Shown piece after piece: positions 1-8,849 of a stretch of DNA of 64,000 nucleotides. Every line of letters begins with the position of its first letter. Positions within the stretch are counted from its first letter, which is position 1. Location: the IMG/VR virus record IMGVR_UViG_3300030103_003222, positions 1 to 64,000 of that record. The stretch is one strand, 5' to 3'. The notes below the pieces were generated by a model. It ran no database searches. It saw only the letters and a program-made list of their open reading frames with translations, and was not told the origin of the DNA. Position numbers and translations under genes: made by a program. The DNA comes from a virus.

Positions 1-82
1 CATGAGGTGCAGTGCCGGGTTATAGCCGAGCAGCCTAACGCTACGCGCGCGATGAAAAGCAGCATCGGCCTACGCACGGAGG

Positions 83-254
83 AGCGTGACGCTGCCCCCG
101 GCAGCGTGACGCTCCGGCTCCAATTACGCATGAGCAGGGTGGGCCGCAGTGCGCCGATTACGTGGAGCCGAGCAGCGTTAAGCAACAGCGCCGCAGTGCC
201 CCGATTACGTGCCGCCCCTTAGCCGGAGGGATGCCTATTACGCGCCCGATTACG
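83..254. repeat. Cluster of short direct repeats and palindromes in the non-coding left end
   Basis: AGCGTGACGCT (palindrome around a 1-nt centre) at 83-93 and 103-113. A 22-nt direct repeat GCCGCAGTGC[G/C]CCGATTACGTG at 143-164 and 190-211. ATTACG at 123, 157, 204, 237 and 249. An A-tract follows at ~280-305. Confidence 0.75.
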
Positions 255-369
255 CTTCATTAGCCACGCACAGCGCTCCGAGAAAATTTGAAAAAAAATA
301 AATTGTGACCTCGGTGTTGACCTTTAACGCAGCGACGGTTTCAAAGCCTCTACCCTCCTGTGCCACATC

Positions 370-1017
370 ATGTCGGATGCCTTCGAGGTCGCGTGGACTT
401 TGCTCAAGTCTGATTTCATGGTCCGCAAAAATGTCATCGGCATGCAAGACGGGACGCAATATAACATGCCCCCGGCTATTGCTTCCATGGCTCAGCGACC
501 TCAGCGGCCTGAGATGATGACGCAGCAGATGGAAGTCCAGCAGCAACAACCGGGATTCTTTGGGAGGTTCAGACAACCAACTACTGAAATGCGAACTACG
601 CAAATCCCCACTGGTGCAAACGTAGTAGGGAGGCGTCCCGGCTACTTCGCAAATGTAAATGCTGGCCCAATTCAGACCAACTCACCACACCCAATGGGTG
701 AAATTGCTGCCAGCCCAGCACCGGGTGCTCAAGTGACCCGTATGCCCCGACCGGGACCTTTCCCCGGAGGTTATTCCTCAAATGCGTCGAGGATGCCGTC
801 CTTCAGCAACTATCAAGGACATTACGGCAGTGGGGTAAATCGTAGTGGGTTCGACGGCGATGGCCCCATAGGCACGCAGCCCGCCACCATCCTTGACCTG
901 CCATACCACGGAACCCGAGGAAACATCCACGACGAGGGTGGGCCGGAGAGAAGTTCAGGGCAAATTCAGCAGGACTATTACGGCGACCAATTTGGACCAA
1001 ATCGGTCTTTCAACTAA
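370..1017 (+). CDS. Hypothetical low-complexity (P/G/Q-rich) protein with N-terminal AW-LLK tag
   Basis: 215-aa ORF starting MSDAFEVAWTLLKS; first gene of a tightly packed + strand cluster. Confidence 0.8.
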   Translation: MSDAFEVAWTLLKSDFMVRKNVIGMQDGTQYNMPPAIASMAQRPQRPEMMTQQMEVQQQQPGFFGRFRQPTTEMRTTQIPTGANVVGRRPGYFANVNAGPIQTNSPHPMGEIAASPAPGAQVTRMPRPGPFPGGYSSNASRMPSFSNYQGHYGSGVNRSGFDGDGPIGTQPATILDLPYHGTRGNIHDEGGPERSSGQIQQDYYGDQFGPNRSFN

Positions 1018-1035
1018 GCAGAAAAGGCGAGGCAC

Positions 1036-1761
1036 GTGACCCCTTTTGACCGGGCGTGGTCCTTGCTCAAGATGGCTCGCTATAGAGCAGGGCCATACGA
1101 GATTTGGGACAGCAACGAAAAAGGGGGCTACGCTGATGGGGACGGCGAGTTCGACCATCTCCCTCAAACCTTCAGCCAGCCAAACTACGTGCGCAACGAG
1201 GAAACTGGTGAGTATGAGCAGCAAGGCGTGAGAGAGCACAGGCAGTATTACCCGATTGGGGCGAACTTTGGCTTCAAGTTCAAACCCGGTAAAGCCATGA
1301 TGACGCCCGAGCAGTTTCACGGACTCGTAGCCAGCCCGCAGCCTGAACACCGCACTGGTCAGCAAAAGGGCATTCTTGAGTCCATGAACCGAGGTGCACC
1401 AATTGCTGCGCCGATTCTAAGGGTCAAGCCCGATGGCAGCGGTTTCAGGGTCGAAGAACACGAAGGCCGCCACCGCATGCAAGCGCTTCGTGATGCGGGT
1501 TTGGGCGACGTGCCAGTCCCAATCGAAATACAGGGAGCGGGGTATCAATACCCCTACGACATGAACAACGAAAAGTTGAGAGAGATGTTGGCGGGTGCCA
1601 CCATTCAACCTCAGTATGGGGTCTACACACCCAGTGAAATGGCCCCCGGCACGGCCCTCTCTCCCGACGGCGACCGAGGACTCCACCCTCTCAACCAGCC
1701 CTTCACCATCTCCGACTTCGACCCATATTGGAACCGAGGTGCATATCATGACACCGTTTGA
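1036..1761 (+). CDS. ParB/Srx-like N-terminal-domain protein with AW-LLK tag
   Basis: GTG start after GAGGC. APILRV...VEEHEGRHRMQALRDAG..VPI resembles the ParB/Srx DGxHR motif. Begins MTPFDRAWSLLK. Confidence 0.65.
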   Translation: MTPFDRAWSLLKMARYRAGPYEIWDSNEKGGYADGDGEFDHLPQTFSQPNYVRNEETGEYEQQGVREHRQYYPIGANFGFKFKPGKAMMTPEQFHGLVASPQPEHRTGQQKGILESMNRGAPIAAPILRVKPDGSGFRVEEHEGRHRMQALRDAGLGDVPVPIEIQGAGYQYPYDMNNEKLREMLAGATIQPQYGVYTPSEMAPGTALSPDGDRGLHPLNQPFTISDFDPYWNRGAYHDTV

Positions 1762-2653
1762 CCGAGCGTGGTCCTTGCTCAAGTCTCGTGACTTTGGCTA
1801 TGAACCGGGCGATTCGCTTTACCGCCCACCCGAGGGACAGGGCAAACTACCGCGTTCGGTGCCCTACACCGAGTTTGGTCAGCAACAGACACTCAGTGAG
1901 TTCGACCCATCGTTTTCACCCACCTTCGTTCGCCCCCGGACTCGGGCTGAATTGTTCAGGGCATACAGAGAAGGCCTTACCGGCGGAGAAGAGGGTTACA
2001 GAATAGAGGAAGATGACGACGTTCAGCAGCCCGACAAACCAACGCACGTCAAGCGCATCCACGACCCTGAGCGTCATACCATGCACTACGTTTTGATGGG
2101 TGAGCGTGGCCCTCTTTCAAAATTGAGTGCAGGGGACATGTATGACCAAGAGGGTGGTCTTATCGACTTCAGCAGCGAAACTCACCCAGCACATATGCGA
2201 CAGGGGCACTACGGAACGCTCATCAATTCTCTTGTGCAAGCGGGCTATCCCGTTCACTCAATCAATCGAAACCACATGTCCCACCCCTTCCACACGAGGT
2301 TTCAACGCAATCTCCCAGCGGACATAAGACCCGGCATCACGGACGACAAACAGACCTCCTTTGAATGGGGACTCGACGTGGACGCTGATGACCCCACAAA
2401 TCGCCTTTTCTCATATGAGCGCAAGCCGATGAGGGAACTAACGCCGGAAAACTGGGGTGCGCTGCGCCCAATGAGGAGTGATTTTGTCCCACTCCGTGGG
2501 TTTGAAACCAAACGACCTGACATATCGAGGCCTGATGTGCGCTATTTCCAAGGAGTAGATGACCCTCACCAGCAGGTCCTTTTCAACTACCAAATCAACC
2601 CTCAAAATGAGTTTGTCCTCGCTCCTAACGATGCCTACAGGTATCAGAATTGA
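1748..2653 (+). CDS. Putative GNAT-like acetyltransferase-domain protein with AW-LLK tag
   Basis: Start reassigned to ATG 1748 (GAGGTG SD upstream; begins MTPFDRAWSLLKS). THPAHMRQGHYGTLI resembles GNAT motif A. Paralogous to 57711..58928. Confidence 0.6.
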   Translation: MTPFDRAWSLLKSRDFGYEPGDSLYRPPEGQGKLPRSVPYTEFGQQQTLSEFDPSFSPTFVRPRTRAELFRAYREGLTGGEEGYRIEEDDDVQQPDKPTHVKRIHDPERHTMHYVLMGERGPLSKLSAGDMYDQEGGLIDFSSETHPAHMRQGHYGTLINSLVQAGYPVHSINRNHMSHPFHTRFQRNLPADIRPGITDDKQTSFEWGLDVDADDPTNRLFSYERKPMRELTPENWGALRPMRSDFVPLRGFETKRPDISRPDVRYFQGVDDPHQQVLFNYQINPQNEFVLAPNDAYRYQN

Positions 2654-2694
2654 GGCGGTGCATTGAAATGGTGTTGCCCTATACGCCTGACCAT

Positions 2695-3195
2695 ATGAGT
2701 TACGCTTTCGAGGCCGCTTGGACCCTGCTTAAGCAGGAGCAAGAGGACGAGGGCAATCCCGTGACTCACATGGGTCGACGTGGCCGCGCACGTGCTGAAA
2801 GGCGCGCAGAGCGAGCACGGATGCGCGGCGGCGGTAACTCGCCTTTGATGAACGAAACCGCAGCAGCGCGCCGAGAGGGGCGACGCACGCCGCTTGAAGG
2901 CTCGTTCATTATGGGGCCTCTGCCCCATATCAGGGGGCAGGCTCACCCTCTCGACGCGCTTCCGTTCAGAGAGGACCATCCCGATGTCAAAGTCCATGAC
3001 AGGACCATGGGTCGAATGCGCATGCCCACAACCGGACCTGTGACTGTGCCCGGTCAGGCTGAAAACATGAACACACCCATGAGCGATGAAGAGTTCGAGG
3101 GTCTGATGCGGCATCAGTCCCTGCTGAAACCCCAGCCAAATCCTTTCGAGACAAGGCGTATGCAAATCGGTGACTTCCCAGTCCGACAACGGTGA
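2695..3195 (+). CDS. Hypothetical protein with AW-LLK tag
   Basis: Start reassigned to ATG 2695 (MSYAFEAAWTLLKQ); R/M/P-rich. Confidence 0.75.
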   Translation: MSYAFEAAWTLLKQEQEDEGNPVTHMGRRGRARAERRAERARMRGGGNSPLMNETAAARREGRRTPLEGSFIMGPLPHIRGQAHPLDALPFREDHPDVKVHDRTMGRMRMPTTGPVTVPGQAENMNTPMSDEEFEGLMRHQSLLKPQPNPFETRRMQIGDFPVRQR

Positions 3196-3200
3196 TACAC

Positions 3201-4163
3201 ATGACTGCCTTCGACACTGCATTCACCTTCCTTCGTGATTCCGTCATCGAGAAGAACGCCCCGTCCATCGAACAGATGCGCAATTTCGTTGCAGCAAATG
3301 AAAACCACCCCGACCCTGCTATTCGCGCAAAGGTCGAAGAGGTCTATCAGCACCTTACGTCCATGATGAGCGGTCGTGAATCTCTTCAGCCTCAAATGCC
3401 TGACGTGCACGCCATCGAGGCTGCGCGTCGTGAAGCGATGGCTCGCCGTTCGTTCGATGCTGCACCGCCCATGGCCCAAATGGTGGAGGGTTCGCCCGAA
3501 ACACCGGGTATGCGCATGACCCCCGGCGGTCAAATGGCCCCGATGCCTGTGGAACAAACGCCGCGCGTTGATGCAACGAGGCCAGCCAACCCGTTTAGGG
3601 GCGAGCGCGGGCGAATGAAAAAAGCAGAGCGTGTTCAGCGTCGCGAGCGCCGCACCCAGCCCGGTGAAAACAGCATGCTCACGCCGGAAGAGGCAGAAGG
3701 CGAGCAGATTCAACAAGAGCGAGAGAGCGGCATTCGCCCACTGCCGCAGTTCATGCGCCCCATGAGCCGCGCTCCTCCCCGCCCTGCAGAACCTGACACA
3801 AATGAGCCACCCAACCCATTCCCGATGAAGCGCAAGGGTTCACCCATGGACATCGCGTTTGCGATGCTTAAGTCGCAATACCGCTACCCGGACCCTCAAC
3901 CTCATGAGGAAACAATCGACCCAAATGAGATGCTGCGTCGCATCGAGGCAGACCGTGAAGCCCAGCGGATGAGAATGGAAGTCGGCATGCCCGACCCCCG
4001 CGTTAAGGACGTTTCTCACATTGACGAGATGATGCCCGAATACATGACGCCCGAAGAAAGGTTGGCGCTCGAAGAAATTCTGATGCGCAACCACGCAACT
4101 GGGCAGCCCTCCAACCCATTCAAGGGCGAACGTGGCAAAGCCTATGCCTCTGAAGGCTTGTGA
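3201..4163 (+). CDS. Hypothetical protein with two tag-like motifs and PxNPF repeats
   Basis: GGTGA SD before ATG 3201. N-terminal MTAFDTAFTFLR and internal PMDIAFAMLKS. Confidence 0.8.
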   Translation: MTAFDTAFTFLRDSVIEKNAPSIEQMRNFVAANENHPDPAIRAKVEEVYQHLTSMMSGRESLQPQMPDVHAIEAARREAMARRSFDAAPPMAQMVEGSPETPGMRMTPGGQMAPMPVEQTPRVDATRPANPFRGERGRMKKAERVQRRERRTQPGENSMLTPEEAEGEQIQQERESGIRPLPQFMRPMSRAPPRPAEPDTNEPPNPFPMKRKGSPMDIAFAMLKSQYRYPDPQPHEETIDPNEMLRRIEADREAQRMRMEVGMPDPRVKDVSHIDEMMPEYMTPEERLALEEILMRNHATGQPSNPFKGERGKAYASEGL

Positions 4164-4172
4164 GGGCTGAAC

Positions 4173-5390
4173 TTGCCCGCTCCAGCAGTTGCCGTATTGG
4201 CAGGCGGTGGTGCCGCAGCAGGCGGTGGAGCCGCAGCAGGCGGAACGGCAGCGGCCGGTGGTGCTGCGTCAGGTAGTGCCGCTGGAGCAACAGCCGCTGG
4301 TGGATTCAGCCCCAAGAAGGTTCTCGGCGCGGCGGGCGCTGGTTTGTTGGCTGGCGGTGGCAACAGCACTTCGCGACAGGAAGGGCGCATGAACGACATG
4401 GCTCGCAGCGGCGCGGGCACGGGGCAGAAGTTCGGCGGAGGAGTGGGAGTGGCTAAAGCGCAGCAAACGCTGTTCGGCTACAGCCGACCTCACATCGAGC
4501 AGGCCATGTCGCCCGATTCAAACACGGTCATCATCGCATCAAAACCCGGTGGCCAAGATTTGCCTCTTGACGCGCAGTCGCAGCGGCATGACGAGATGCA
4601 CGGTGAACTGACTGAACTCGCTGCCGCCAATCCTGCACTCCGTATTCTTAGCGGCAAAGGCCGCAGCAAAGAGTGGGGCGACGAAAACTCGTTTGCTTTG
4701 ACCAACGTGCCCGACCATCTGATGCCGCTGATACGTCAAATGGCTGGTCGGTATAAGCAGGACAGCATTCTGCATTCCCCGGTCGGGACGTCGGATGCCT
4801 TCTTCACCAAACCCGGCGGTCAACGGACTGGTGCGCTGACAGACCCGGTTCTATCGAACGAAGAGCCTTCGGATTTCACGCAATTCGGTGGCGGCAACCT
4901 CGTTTTCGGTGGTTATCGCGACATGAAGCAGGCCAGTGAGGCGATGGATGCGGCGTGGCGTATGCTCATCAAAGAGCGCAAGTCTCCAGAAGCCATGCAG
5001 CACAAGCGTGAGTATGACAAGGCCTACGAGTCAACGCCTGAGCGCGTCAAATACCGCGTCGACCTCAACCGAGAGCGCCGACGTCGCGGGATTATGGGCA
5101 GCCGCGACCACATGGACGTCAGCCATACCGAAGGTGGCAAATTGACGCTTGAGCCGGAGCATTCCAACCGAGCGCGGCACTTCAAGGAGCAGGGAACGCT
5201 CCGCAGACTGGCAAAATCGGCCAAAGACGACATCGAACTGCTCCGAAACCTGCTGCAAGGCCCGATGGACGAGCAAGACCGCCTGATTGCGACCAAACTT
5301 GCTGAAAACATCAAGGAAAAGGACGACTCAGAGGCTGAAATGGCCGAAGAAGACACCTATCAGCACCTCGTGCGACCTTCGCATGATTAA
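4173..5390 (+). CDS. Multidomain protein: Gly/Ala-rich N-terminus, SAM-lyase-like domain, tag, HNH-like domain
   Basis: TTG start after GAGGG. VIIAS...QRHDEM...GRSKEWGDENSF...RQMAGRYKQDSILH recalls T3-type SAM lyases. DVSHTEGG...HSNRARH recalls a minimal HNH. Confidence 0.6.
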   Translation: MPAPAVAVLAGGGAAAGGGAAAGGTAAAGGAASGSAAGATAAGGFSPKKVLGAAGAGLLAGGGNSTSRQEGRMNDMARSGAGTGQKFGGGVGVAKAQQTLFGYSRPHIEQAMSPDSNTVIIASKPGGQDLPLDAQSQRHDEMHGELTELAAANPALRILSGKGRSKEWGDENSFALTNVPDHLMPLIRQMAGRYKQDSILHSPVGTSDAFFTKPGGQRTGALTDPVLSNEEPSDFTQFGGGNLVFGGYRDMKQASEAMDAAWRMLIKERKSPEAMQHKREYDKAYESTPERVKYRVDLNRERRRRGIMGSRDHMDVSHTEGGKLTLEPEHSNRARHFKEQGTLRRLAKSAKDDIELLRNLLQGPMDEQDRLIATKLAENIKEKDDSEAEMAEEDTYQHLVRPSHD

Positions 5391-5393
5391 ATC

Positions 5394-5454
5394 TGTAGTG
5401 TATTGAGTTCTATCATATTTAATAGTAATAAAAGATAGAACACAACACACTACA
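5394..5454. repeat. 21-bp imperfect inverted repeat around an AT-rich 19-nt loop
   Basis: TGTAGTGTATTGAGTTCTATC (5394-5414) pairs with GATAGAACACAACACACTACA (5434-5454) with 2 mismatches; loop ATATTTAATAGTAATAAAA. Confidence 0.85.
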
Positions 5455-5491
5455 CACTTAACTTAACGCCTGCTCGGCCCGCGCAACCCTT

Positions 5492-6100
5492 ATGTGGACC
5501 TCAGATGTGGACAAGCCAGTGGTCAACATGGATGACGAGCAACACGACGCTGAAATCCGCCTCATGGGCCTCATTTTGGCTCAAAGTGCCCTCGTGGGCG
5601 TCGCCGTCGGCGTTTTTGACGCCGATGTGTGGCTGAAGAACGACACAACTTGGCTGAACGGCTTCACTTACGCGATGGGGGCGTTTTTCGTGCAGGGAAT
5701 CGCCTATTACGTGTTCAAAATGTTCTTTGAGCAGTCCATGAGGGAGCGAGCGCGTGCCAGTCAAATCGACAGGCAGCGCACCAACAAATACCGCTCCATG
5801 CAGCAATCTTTCGACTCTCGACGCTCTGAGATGGAAATCCGCATGCAGGAGGCCCAATTGGAGGCCGAATTGCGCTGGATGGAGGCAAATCCGGGCAAAA
5901 TGCCGCCTTCATGGGGCGTTCACGGTGGCTCACCCTCGATGGTGACGTCCTATGACCAGCAACGTCAAGACAACCTGCGCATTCCCACTCATCAAGCGCA
6001 AACCCAGCAACCGCTGTCGCTGGGAGCAGCAGAAGAGGGCGAAATCCCACTCAAAAAGGACGGCACGCCCGACAAGCGCTATCAGAAGAAGAATGAGTGA
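5492..6100 (+). CDS. Membrane protein with two TM helices, coiled coil and C-terminal KKDGTPDKRY motif
   Basis: Hydrophobic segments LMGLILAQSALVGVAVGVF and GFTYAMGAFFVQGIAYYVF, followed by a charged helical region. Confidence 0.8.
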   Translation: MWTSDVDKPVVNMDDEQHDAEIRLMGLILAQSALVGVAVGVFDADVWLKNDTTWLNGFTYAMGAFFVQGIAYYVFKMFFEQSMRERARASQIDRQRTNKYRSMQQSFDSRRSEMEIRMQEAQLEAELRWMEANPGKMPPSWGVHGGSPSMVTSYDQQRQDNLRIPTHQAQTQQPLSLGAAEEGEIPLKKDGTPDKRYQKKNE

Positions 6101-6105
6101 CAATC

Positions 6106-6360
6106 ATGGGTCGCATCTTCAAAACGGTGTCCGACAACGCAACTGAAGAGACGCTACGCGCCATTCACCTTGCGAACACGGTCGACACCACCTATGAGCG
6201 TGCTTGGGGTTGGGTGAAAACGCTTCTTGCCTCACTCATCACGGCGTTGACGGTTAGCGGTATCGAGTTCTTCAACCCGGAAGTCAGTTTCTATGAATCT
6301 TCAGTGGACTGGCTCGTGGAAAAACTCAGGGACTTCGCGAACTGGCTGAAATGGTGGTGA
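6106..6360 (+). CDS. Small membrane protein
   Basis: One hydrophobic helix (TLLASLITALTVSGIEFF) and an amphipathic W-rich C-terminus; directly follows the upstream gene. Confidence 0.7.
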   Translation: MGRIFKTVSDNATEETLRAIHLANTVDTTYERAWGWVKTLLASLITALTVSGIEFFNPEVSFYESSVDWLVEKLRDFANWLKWW

Positions 6361-6370
6361 AGGTGGCGTC

Positions 6371-7096
6371 ATGGTTGAGCCTGCAGGGACGGCACTGGTT
6401 GGCGCTGCCGTGTGGGGACAAGCCCTCTACCACTCGTGGCGACCAAGACGAGTCGGAATCTACGGAGCGCCCCTCGTCGGAAAAACAACCCTCGACCGAT
6501 ACATGACAACGCCCGGTGAGATGGAAGCCATCTCTGATGAGGACCGGACAACGCACGGCCGACTGCTCGGCGTTGCCGGCCCTTACCGTATGCCCAGTCC
6601 GACGCGCAAGCGCATCTCGTGGAATGGCGATAAGCGAGTTGTCTTTTCAGCCGACATTGGTGGACAAGAACGATTTTGGAATCTGTGGATTGAGGATGCA
6701 GTCACTCGGCGCGTCGAAGCCATCGTCTACATGTTTGATGAGCGGGCTTTCAAGGGCGGAGAAAGCGGACTACAGCAGGTTGGCGGCTTTCGTTTCCTCG
6801 TTGACCGTTTGATAACGCGCGACTACCGCTACCGCTCGCTCAGAGCACGGCTGAAGGGTAAGCGGTATCATCCCAAACTTGTCATGCTCGTGGCCAACAA
6901 AGCCGACCGCTTCTTTGACGACACGGCATCGAAGTTGTGGCATGACGGGCGTATTGGTGAACACAAAGTCTTCGACCCTTTCAGAGACGACCTCATTCGT
7001 TTGCAGAAAGCCGGCATCCCGACCAAGCGCTCGTTCATGGCAACGCGCATCGGGTGGAACGTTGAGAAGACCATGCTCGACGTGCTGACCTCATAA
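6371..7096 (+). CDS. Small Ras/Arf-like GTPase
   Basis: G1 GAPLVGKTT, G2 RTT, G3 DIGGQ (ERFWNLW), G4 NKAD, G5-like MAT; hydrophobic N-terminus; AGGTGG SD. Confidence 0.85.
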   Translation: MVEPAGTALVGAAVWGQALYHSWRPRRVGIYGAPLVGKTTLDRYMTTPGEMEAISDEDRTTHGRLLGVAGPYRMPSPTRKRISWNGDKRVVFSADIGGQERFWNLWIEDAVTRRVEAIVYMFDERAFKGGESGLQQVGGFRFLVDRLITRDYRYRSLRARLKGKRYHPKLVMLVANKADRFFDDTASKLWHDGRIGEHKVFDPFRDDLIRLQKAGIPTKRSFMATRIGWNVEKTMLDVLTS

Positions 7097-7109
7097 GTGA
7101 CCTCAATCC

Positions 7110-7118
7110 TTTTATCAA
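7110..7118 (+). promoter_or_regulatory. Archaeal TATA-like box (probable leaderless transcript)
   Basis: TTTTATCAA in a short intergenic gap 20-28 nt upstream of ATG 7138, which lacks a clear SD. Confidence 0.5.
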
Positions 7119-7137
7119 GAGCGACGGTGGACAAAAC

Positions 7138-7335
7138 ATGGCGGCAAAGCGAAAGACGACCTCACTCACTCCAACCAGTGAGCAGTCGCGCACGCTTCGC
7201 ACGACCATCCCGATTTGGATTGTCGACCATTTCGGATTGGAGGCAGGCGACCGCGTCGAGTGGTCGTTTGAGGTGAAAGACGGAAATATCATCGTCGTCA
7301 TGTCTCCATCAGGGGGCGAAGACATTGATGCTTAG
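7138..7335 (+). CDS. AbrB/MazE/SpoVT-family DNA-binding protein
   Basis: SRTLRTTIPIWIVDHFGLEAGDRVEW is the swapped-hairpin signature. Confidence 0.85.
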   Translation: MAAKRKTTSLTPTSEQSRTLRTTIPIWIVDHFGLEAGDRVEWSFEVKDGNIIVVMSPSGGEDIDA

Positions 7336-8251
7336 ACCGCAACAAGCGCAAGTGCCACTTTACGGGGCAAATGAAGGACACCTTGCCGCTTTGGCACAAC
7401 AGGGTAATCTGCAGTTGACGCAAGCCGCGCTTGCTGAAATGATGTCCGCACAGCAGGGTATGCAGCAAATGGCTGCTCAAAAAAATCTCGAAGTGCCGAA
7501 AGTCAACTTCTACCCAAGTAAGCACGCCGACCCACACAAGGCTCGTAAGCGTGACATTCGCCAAGCCTACCGTCTTCTCCAGCCTGCGAAGCGGTCATGG
7601 TTTAGTCCGATGCGCTGGGCCGGTAACAAATACCGGTATAACAAGGACACAGGCGTCTGTGTTGTCGACGGCTGCGACTGTGCTGAACTCATCCGCCACG
7701 AAAACCTGTATGAGCGCATTTGTGACGAGGAAACGGGGCGCAGTCTCTACGAGATGTATTGGCAAAACCCGGTGACTGGGCAGGCTGAGGCCTTCATCGC
7801 GCGTGACAAAGTGACAAGCGGCAAGAAGATGCGAGGCACCTATTGTCCTGAACATCTTCATCTCTTCCATTTGCTGAAGAAGTGGGAGGCTGAAGAGGAC
7901 AAGCAGAACGAGATGAACCCTCGCCGTCTGCGCGACAAGGTCAAGCGCGGCGTGTCCATCGTGACTGTGCCTGTGGCTGCGGTTAGGTCAAAGGAAGTAA
8001 TCCCCCCTCTCTTCGTCAAATATGAGTCGTGGTTCGATGAACTGGCTCGTGATGCCGGTCGCACCAAGGCCATCCGCATCACTCGCGACATCGACCCACT
8101 GACAGGTGAAAATGACGTGGTGCGAGTGACCTTCGATAGCCGCTACATGCGGTGGGAAATGGAGCAAGCCAATCTACCGACTCCGCAATTTCAGGCCATG
8201 ATGCAGCAGCAGAACCTTGATGTCTCCATGGTCCCTCCGATGGGTGAGTGA
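7328..8251 (+). CDS. Hypothetical protein, probably Zn-binding
   Basis: CVVDGCDC and YCPEHLH motifs; Q-rich N-terminus; overlaps the upstream stop. Confidence 0.75.
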   Translation: MLRPQQAQVPLYGANEGHLAALAQQGNLQLTQAALAEMMSAQQGMQQMAAQKNLEVPKVNFYPSKHADPHKARKRDIRQAYRLLQPAKRSWFSPMRWAGNKYRYNKDTGVCVVDGCDCAELIRHENLYERICDEETGRSLYEMYWQNPVTGQAEAFIARDKVTSGKKMRGTYCPEHLHLFHLLKKWEAEEDKQNEMNPRRLRDKVKRGVSIVTVPVAAVRSKEVIPPLFVKYESWFDELARDAGRTKAIRITRDIDPLTGENDVVRVTFDSRYMRWEMEQANLPTPQFQAMMQQQNLDVSMVPPMGE

Positions 8252-8252
8252 C

Positions 8253-8849
8253 ATGTTCAACTTCGGCGGTCAGCGCCCTCAATCCGGTTTGAACCTCTCA
8301 GCCACCGGTGCTCCTCAGCAGCAGTGGCAGCAACAGCCACAGCAGGGCTATGGCGTGTTTGGCGCACAGCAGCCGCAGTGGCAGCAACAACCACAGCAGC
8401 AAGCACCCCCGCCTCCCAGTGAAATGGAATTGATGAACGCCCTTCTGCAGTCCCAAAACCCAATTCATCGCTTCATCGCCAGCGGTGGTCTTGCTTCAGT
8501 CATTGACTTGGTCGCAACGGCCACGTCTCTTTCTGTTCTGAGCGTTCTCAAGGACGCCACGTTTGTGCTCGATGATGACGAGGGTGCGATGAAACTTGAC
8601 ACCGCTTCTCTGCCTGACAACCTCAAGACGCTGAGCGCTGAAAACGTCGGCATGTTGCTCAATCAGATGGTCAACAACAGCCAACAGACCATCCAGCAAG
8701 CCGAAATGCAACGTCAGCAAATTCTCGCCATGAGTCAACAGTCGGCCATGGGGGCAAAACTCAGCGCCGCTCTCGCTGACGAAAACACGTTGGAGAAGGC
8801 GGGCAATTTCTTCGGTAACGTGGCCGGACGAGCCTTGGGAAGTCGGTGA
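8253..8849 (+). CDS. Q-rich hypothetical protein
   Basis: GGTGAG SD before MFNFGG; QQQW/QQPQQQ low-complexity N-terminus and helical C-terminus. Confidence 0.75.
   Translation: MFNFGGQRPQSGLNLSATGAPQQQWQQQPQQGYGVFGAQQPQWQQQPQQQAPPPPSEMELMNALLQSQNPIHRFIASGGLASVIDLVATATSLSVLSVLKDATFVLDDDEGAMKLDTASLPDNLKTLSAENVGMLLNQMVNNSQQTIQQAEMQRQQILAMSQQSAMGAKLSAALADENTLEKAGNFFGNVAGRALGSR

Noticed and set aside
83-254. Possible mini-CRISPR array
   Set aside because: Only two copies of the 22-nt repeat, irregular spacing of the shorter cores, and no cas genes.
7-603. Short ORFs 7..222, 250..603 and 305..517
   Set aside because: They lie in repeat-rich DNA or overlap the 370 gene, with no protein-like features.
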